Of a stretch of DNA of 64,000 nt, positions 60,701 through 64,000 are shown piece by piece. The DNA is taken from the NCBI RefSeq assembly GCF_947568905.1, contig NC_079164.1:67084001-67148000 (forward strand). Direction: 5' to 3'. How positions within the stretch are numbered: the stretch's first letter is position 1; each line of letters begins with the position of its first letter. The notes under the pieces were generated by a model. It did not search any database, had not been told where the DNA came from, and was given only the letters and a program-made list of their open reading frames with translations. The DNA is from Ostrea edulis. Taxonomy: Eukaryota. The position numbers were made by a program, and so were the translations under genes.

Positions 60701-62779
60701 TATTATGTTCTTTTAGGGAATGATGGCCATTATATTGGCAATGGGGTACCGTTTCTGTAACATAGATTGTAAACATATTGAATGTTGGCCAATAAAACTT
60801 AAAAAAGGGGTAAAACAATATAGCTTATGACAAAACTAGAACTGCCTTAACAGGACCAAAAACCCCATGGACAGGGCCCATTGGATGGTGGGGAATAGTG
60901 AATCTGTGCTCATTGAAGAATAAATGGATGTTAAAATGTACAACATAACATCCCCCCTTTAAAATGAAAAAAATATTCATAACTCAACTCACTTAAACGT
61001 TAAAAAAACTCAAATCAAAATAGCAGGTGCACAACTTCACTATTCATATCAAATATACACAAAGTTTTAATCAAATCTGTTCATCTGTGTTAAAGATATA
61101 CTCTGAATAAATCATGTCTACAGACAGACAGACAAGGTGATTCCAGAACACACCCCCCTAAACTTCGATTGTGGGTAATATAAAACTCATGCAATAAAAA
61201 AGATCAATACATCAAAGATTTGCACTATGTGACAATGTCTCATACAATTTTTTAATAATTGGTATGAAACTGCTATGTAAGATTGCATTCTTCACTGTCT
61301 TTATAGGACAGATAGTGAAATTTTCTTTATTCATCTGTACACAAAAATTTGTCATATTCCAAATATTTCAGGCAATACATGTATAAACTTTGCTGTGTAT
61401 TTCTACACATTTACATACAGGTGACTCAAGAAAACGCAAAGTCCACTGGGCCACAATAAAATTTCAGAGTTTGGAAATTGAGACCTCCATCAACTGGTTC
61501 TCTATTCTACACTAACCAAATATAACATGAGAAGGTGGTAAAAAAATCAATTTTGTTTTCCCAGGTAAAGTATTTTATTTAAAATTTTACTTCACCTGAA
61601 ATATGAATAGAGAAACTATGAAATATCTTTCTTTGTGTTCATTTAAAAACTTAATTTGTTGCAATGAATAAATTTGTGTTGCTTCTCATAATCATTGTTC
61701 ACCTTACAAAATTTGATGAAGTTAATTGATAATTGCGGCAGATCATAGAACTTTTTTTCTCTCTTTTATTTAGGAAATATTTGTTTTACCTTTCAGAATC
61801 AGTTCCCAAGCACCCTCCTTTAAATCAGGTTGCACATCTTTCCGTAAACTGTAAAACAAAAATTTTATACAGTACCATTTCCAATCTTTACTACGTGTAT
61901 ACATGCTTATACAATAAAACACGATCTGAACTTTTACAAAGTTTGGTAGCAGATCAGAGGCATGTTAATTTAACAGAGATGTAAAAAGTAGCCATAAGGA
62001 AATCAGTGCATGAATCTTAGAACAAAGTGAAAGCTAACATCTATGGTGGTACATTGATTAAATGTCAAGTCTGTTTTTGGCAATCTTATCAATGGGACTG
62101 AAGTGATGTACACCCTAGTAATCCAATATGTATTAAATTTATGGGGATATACACTTATTTTCAATAGGATAGTATTAAAAGTTCTATATTAAAATAGAAA
62201 CAGAATGCACAGCATGAAAGTAGAAACAGAAAGTGCAGTGTATATGTGAAACAGTCTCCTCCCAGCCATCTTGAATGTGGTCACGATATATATTGTAGCA
62301 AATTTAACTCTGCTTTGTCTTTTTTTTTTCATTCATATCAAAATGTTATTGTAACAAGTATCTTAACTGTTTACCAAAGTATGCTGAACAAAACATCAAA
62401 ATTTTCCAGCAAACATTTAGCTCCAGTGCTGCGAAAACTGCTTTTCATTGCTGTGATGAAAAAAAGAAGAAAAAACGTAATAAGTAGACACGTGTAAAAT
62501 ATACCTGATAAGAAACAGTTTTCATACATTTATCTTTAAGATTTTAAATTATTTATAACTCAGCTATATATTATCATAAATTTAGCAATATGTTGCTCAA
62601 AATATAAGAAACTAAGATATCAGTAAAAGACATCCTTTGAAAATGATTAAATGACCAATACCTTGTAGAGCACCCGGAATTTCTCTAAATGACAGGATCT
62701 CATCAACCACAAACTGATTGATCTCTGTCTTATTGAGAAGATCATCTTTGGTTGCAGGTATAATGAACTCAAAACTCAT
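25883..62779 (-). CDS. NCAPD2: Condensin complex subunit 1 (CAP-D2), 31 coding exons, about 1478 aa
   Basis: Every junction is phase-consistent. Peptides match recalled CAP-D2 motifs: MSFEFIIP...NQFVVDEILS, DWEVERE, YNHGL, HFEHL, SYTMRNGVL, HDVNAFVRSRVL, LQDKSSQVRK, AYRRLYLNP, DELGLAGA, IRANTIIALGDLTVRFPNLIEPWT, LTHLILNDMVKVKGQ, GNAIYNIMPDVISRLSD, ESLVEKLCHRF. An acceptor at 62802-62801 implies a non-coding first exon upstream. The terminal exon is inferred. Confidence 0.95.
29922..30733. mobile_element. Non-autonomous TIR element (CAGGG termini, ACTAGT-rich subterminal repeats)
   Basis: TIR CAGGGTTCGAAATTA / TAATTTTGAACCCTG; TGTAA on both flanks; repeated GGACTAGT motifs. Confidence 0.75.
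31390..31411. repeat. (CA)n microsatellite
   Basis: Direct inspection. Confidence 0.9.
31490..32085. repeat. Degenerate CT-rich satellite (CTCTCATCACCCCCTCCCC units)
   Basis: Direct inspection; followed by a Helentron-like 3' hairpin end at about 32125-32160. Confidence 0.9.
33377..34256. mobile_element. Older copy of the CAGGG/ACTAGT element, interrupted by a HINE
   Basis: CAGGGTTGGAAATTA start, shared internal blocks with 29922-30733, TAATTTCGAATCTTG end. Confidence 0.7.
33420..33851. mobile_element. Short HINE (one Cg170-like core) nested in the TIR element
   Basis: AACAAGAGGCCCATGGGCCACATC start; same family as 19049-20404. Confidence 0.8.
34905..35102 (-). CDS. NCAPD2: NCAPD2 exon 30
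   Basis: RGK...KPKVSFDSDSDSE...SSQ; donor AG|GTATGT, phase 1. Confidence 0.85.
35640..36330. repeat. 63-bp array containing the exon 29 splice donor, about 8 copies plus diverged copies
   Basis: Minus-strand unit GTAAGGTCAAAGGGAAATC...GGAAATACATTAG. Confidence 0.9.
36267..36432 (-). CDS. NCAPD2: NCAPD2 exon 29 (donor tandemly repeated)
   Basis: TLIDELEQRVQQCHTKG...KGNTL; first AG|GTAAGG at 36266. Confidence 0.85.
36682..37510. mobile_element. Non-autonomous AcademH-like DNA transposon, copy 1
   Basis: TIR TAGCTGCAATAATGTAGCCCT (perfect 21 bp, imperfect to about 90 bp), TAG...CTA termini, 9-bp TSD GGAGTGAAT. Confidence 0.8.
37918..38101 (-). CDS. NCAPD2: NCAPD2 exon 28
   Basis: TDRQWRDLSFCL...FGDKL...KPTAK. 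Confidence 0.95.
38258..38338 (-). CDS. NCAPD2: NCAPD2 exon 27
   Basis: YLFSFIQKDRQCESLVEKLCHRFRAT. Confidence 0.95.
38371..38810. repeat. 29-bp array upstream of the exon 27 acceptor, 14 copies
   Basis: TATCTAGAGAGACACAAAAGATAAAACTT units; minus strand gives a pyrimidine tract plus TAG. Confidence 0.95.
39968..40161. mobile_element. TA-flanked MITE remnant
   Basis: TACTGTAAA...TTTATAGTA termini; internal inverted ACGTGGGGGAAATT/AATTTTCTCCCACGT. Confidence 0.5.
40466..40700. repeat. 47-bp array containing the exon 26 splice donor, 5 copies
   Basis: Minus-strand CATTATGAA|GTGAGTATAG units. Confidence 0.95.
40692..40786 (-). CDS. NCAPD2: NCAPD2 exon 26 (donor tandemly repeated)
   Basis: GNAIYNIMPDVISRLSD...RTIM. 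Confidence 0.95.
41549..41726 (-). CDS. NCAPD2: NCAPD2 exon 25 (GC donor)
   Basis: LRDDSQTVRK...LELSHK; donor AAG|GCAAGT. Confidence 0.92.
42084..42239 (-). CDS. NCAPD2: NCAPD2 exon 24
   Basis: FCESNLQLLFTVLEKS...RFPNLIEPWT. Confidence 0.95.
42428..42551 (-). CDS. NCAPD2: NCAPD2 exon 23
   Basis: DTLLGSIGPLL...ALAKFMLV. Confidence 0.93.
42737..42955. repeat. 30-bp array containing the exon 22 splice donor, 7 copies
   Basis: Minus-strand TGTGACGTGGAAATCGTCACAG|GTAAGTTG units. Confidence 0.97.
42932..43046 (-). CDS. NCAPD2: NCAPD2 exon 22 (donor tandemly repeated)
   Basis: DKTTTAEAIEDELGLAGA...CDVEIVT. Confidence 0.92.
44228..44508 (-). CDS. NCAPD2: NCAPD2 exon 21
   Basis: LTRLISVAGHVAFRQMVHLD...ELKRRR; both boundaries weaker than average. 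Confidence 0.8.
44625..44789 (-). CDS. NCAPD2: NCAPD2 exon 20
   Basis: WIPFGEQAVNVIYKLAEHPD. Confidence 0.92.
44951..45168 (-). CDS. NCAPD2: NCAPD2 exon 19
   Basis: ADMGVVKSNIDVLVKEGLG...LLIN. Confidence 0.92.
45295..46510. repeat. 59/66-bp array containing the exon 18 splice donor, 20 donor copies
   Basis: Minus-strand CTACATGATTGCAGG|GTAAGGGGCATG units. Confidence 0.97.
46494..46630 (-). CDS. NCAPD2: NCAPD2 exon 18
   Basis: MIELMK...QMLWERF...LLYMIA. Confidence 0.92.
47045..47129 (-). CDS. NCAPD2: NCAPD2 exon 17
   Basis: SKAFSVVKNL...SLEGL. Confidence 0.9.
47195..47490. repeat. 37-bp minisatellite, 8 copies, within a HINE-like remnant
   Basis: GAAGGTCTTGTCACAAGGACTACACATGTGAAATATT x8. 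Confidence 0.95.
47652..48483. mobile_element. Non-autonomous AcademH-like DNA transposon, copy 2
   Basis: Near-identical to 36682-37510, same orientation; 9-bp TSD GTACTGAAT. Confidence 0.8.
48572..48734. mobile_element. TA-flanked MITE remnant
   Basis: TACTGTCAAA...TTTTACAGTA termini. Confidence 0.45.
49100..49353 (-). CDS. NCAPD2: NCAPD2 exon 16
   Basis: DCCAFATQI...EAIDFF...AYRRLYLNP. Confidence 0.95.
49515..49624 (-). CDS. NCAPD2: NCAPD2 exon 15
   Basis: HKKQ...EVSKQQVLVQYLK. Confidence 0.9.
49812..49888 (-). CDS. NCAPD2: NCAPD2 exon 14 (acceptor tandemly repeated)
   Basis: ETDVEAS...YLKMIFY; alternative in-frame acceptors would start the exon at 50008 or 50068. Confidence 0.8.
49885..50126. 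repeat. 60-bp array containing the exon 14 splice acceptor, 4 copies
   Basis: Minus-strand TTCTGTGTTTTGTTACAG|TGAG units; one copy mutated to ACAA. Confidence 0.95.
50157..50285 (-). CDS. NCAPD2: NCAPD2 exon 13
   Basis: VMDRIYNLL...FPDNSF...ENQ; weak donor GTTTTG inferred from phase. Confidence 0.8.
50741..50891 (-). CDS. NCAPD2: NCAPD2 exon 12
   Basis: SLMVKIDEEW...EELAN. Confidence 0.88.
51130..51220 (-). CDS. NCAPD2: NCAPD2 exon 11
   Basis: LSLEDLQANYEKEKEKL. Confidence 0.9.
51548..51682 (-). CDS. NCAPD2: NCAPD2 exon 10
   Basis: CLPLP...RLQDKSSQVRKQA...NPFAAK. Confidence 0.93.
52296..52370 (-). CDS. NCAPD2: NCAPD2 exon 9
   Basis: EHIHDVNAFVRSRVLHIW...NEK. Confidence 0.93.
52593..52715 (-). 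CDS. NCAPD2: NCAPD2 exon 8
   Basis: SYTMRNGVLGVMGE...FLEKLE. Confidence 0.93.
53270..53430 (+). mobile_element. hAT transposase C-terminal dimerisation-domain remnant
   Basis: Decayed LSTMAKCYLGI*TTSVASECVLSNAGDIVNTQRAVLSPE, resembling the LA..YL.IPATSV.SER.FS.AG motif. Confidence 0.7.
53847..54118 (-). CDS. NCAPD2: NCAPD2 exon 7
   Basis: ASLKILQQLQHFEHL...HLEGE. Confidence 0.95.
55560..55687 (-). CDS. NCAPD2: NCAPD2 exon 6
   Basis: MVTNLVYKLLENP...RYNHGL. Confidence 0.92.
57376..57524 (-). CDS. NCAPD2: NCAPD2 exon 5
   Basis: GRSKSAKK...LWDPPIAEVEFV. Confidence 0.9.
57899..58075. repeat. 58-bp tandem repeat, 3 copies
   Basis: AGATTCTGAAACATTCAAG... at 57901, 57959 and 58017. Confidence 0.95.
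58838..58978. repeat. Imperfect foldback palindrome (possibly a Crypton-type non-autonomous remnant)
   Basis: ATTTATTGCATGA...GGAGATATGAAGATTT...CATATTCCC / GGGAAATATG...AAATCTTCATATCTCC...TCATGCAATAAAT. Confidence 0.8.
59676..59851 (-). CDS. NCAPD2: NCAPD2 exon 4
   Basis: GKSLA...HLNQVKMLCYLL...TTGK. Confidence 0.9.
61790..61848 (-). CDS. NCAPD2: NCAPD2 exon 3
   Basis: LRKDVQPDLKEGAWELILK. Confidence 0.85.
62375..62450 (-). CDS. NCAPD2: NCAPD2 exon 2
   Basis: AMKSSF...ENFDVLFSIL. Confidence 0.9.
62662..62779 (-). CDS. NCAPD2: NCAPD2 coding exon 1
   Basis: MSFEFIIPATKDDLL...GALQ. Confidence 0.9.
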
Positions 62780-63485
62780 CTTTAGTTCTTAACTAAACTT
62801 CTGAAAAAATCAAGAAACTTAATCATTTTAAAGCATCTTTGATGTTGAATTACTGACATTCATTTAAGGTGATCTTGTTCTTTCTGTTAAGAATTATAGT
62901 CAAGTTTTAACCAGATCAACTCACACAATGACACACAAAAAAAGTAAAGTTTGTACATAATATCCAAGTCATTTTGTAACAATCAACCAGGAAATAAGTT
63001 GAACAGAGGTCTATATGGAATTATTTTTAAATAGAACATGGGTATATAAGCTGAATGGCCACTGCTAGAAGGGTGAATGTATTTCAGCAACAAAGCAGGA
63101 AAAGTCTAGAGAGACTTACATGACACTTTCATCAGCAATATCTGTCTCTTCTGTTAAGATTTAATTACCTAGCTAGTGTTAAATCTATAGCAAACTAGCA
63201 TGGCACCGCACCATGCCCTTTTTAATTGCTCCATGCTCTTTTTTCTCTATAATTTTTTTTTTAAATATTTGTTAATATAAACAATTGTTCTTTATTTCAC
63301 AAGGTTGATTGAAAAGTTTAAAATCAAGGCAGCAGGTATCAACTTTTAAAGAGGCTAAATGATTATTCTATTACTATCATAGTATGATACAATGAAAGTG
63401 CCCCAAAATTTTCTTGCCATGACGAAAAGTGCCCTTATGAACATATGATATGTGTGCCCTCTCTAGATCCTAGATTTAACACTAC

Positions 63486-63557
63486 TAGCTGAGTAGCTCA
63501 GTAGGTTAGCATGTCAACTGCTGAACTGTAGATTGTGGGTTCGAGTCCACAGGGGTG
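63486..63557 (+). mobile_element. tRNA-like head (SINE-type or tRNA pseudogene)
   Basis: A-box TAGCTCAGTAGG and B-box GGTTCGAGTCC; acceptor and anticodon stems do not pair cleanly. Confidence 0.5.
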
Positions 63558-63734
63558 TTAATTTGTTTTGTTTAGATTACTTTCTACTAAAACTGCATTT
63601 TTTGACCAAATAAAGTAAATTTGAAAGATTCCAAAATACTGTTGTACATATCCTCCACTTTTCATCCATATAACATGTCAAACAATAATGGCCAACGCAC
63701 ACAATGAGTATCATACTATGTACAGAAGTTTAAA

Positions 63735-64000
63735 AGACCACAAGATGGCAAATATTATCTGGGAATCCATGACACATCTGAGCAAGTGTTCTCCACTGCA
63801 GGAGACAAGTGAATGCACAGAGAGCAGTGTTGTTTCCAGAAATTGAAAATCATATTTTTAAAGTCCAATATTATTCCAGATATTTTTTGTGAACTTTTTA
63901 AAAATATTGATGGATTCAAAGAATCAATTCACATGCAATTCAATAGTTACTCTAGTCAATTTGTTTACAATACCTCCTAGTCAATCACTAATTTCCATTT
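63735..64000 (+). mobile_element. Second hAT dimerisation-domain remnant
   Basis: Paralogous to 53270-53600 (GATGGCAAA...CACAGAGAGCAGTGTTGT...CCAGAAATT). Confidence 0.65.

Noticed and set aside
63486-63557. Functional tRNA gene
   Set aside because: A and B boxes are present but the acceptor and anticodon stems do not form; treated as a SINE head or pseudogene pending tRNAscan-SE.

Overview
AT-rich, intron-rich animal genomic DNA, most likely an oyster (Ostreidae), judged from HINE/Cg170-type, SINE and Penelope-like repeats. There are three protein-coding loci, all on the minus strand. (1) A clan-2-like microsomal cytochrome P450: 4 exons at 6086-1652, 3' end off-window, with a +1 frameshift in exon 1 and an atypical I-helix. 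(2) A Golgi carbohydrate-sulfotransferase-like gene: 2 clear exons at 13168-9087, 5' end unresolved. (3) A near-complete condensin I subunit CAP-D2/NCAPD2: 31 phase-consistent coding exons, about 1478 aa, at 62779-25883, with one GC-AG intron; the last exon is inferred. The rest is TE remnants and minisatellites. The most striking pattern is that six of the eight tandem arrays inside NCAPD2 are amplifications of the gene's own splice junctions (4 donors, 2 acceptors). Three would add whole, stop-free codon blocks if an alternative copy were spliced, and three would introduce an immediate stop. No database search was run; homology calls rest on motifs I recognise, and coordinates were counted by hand.
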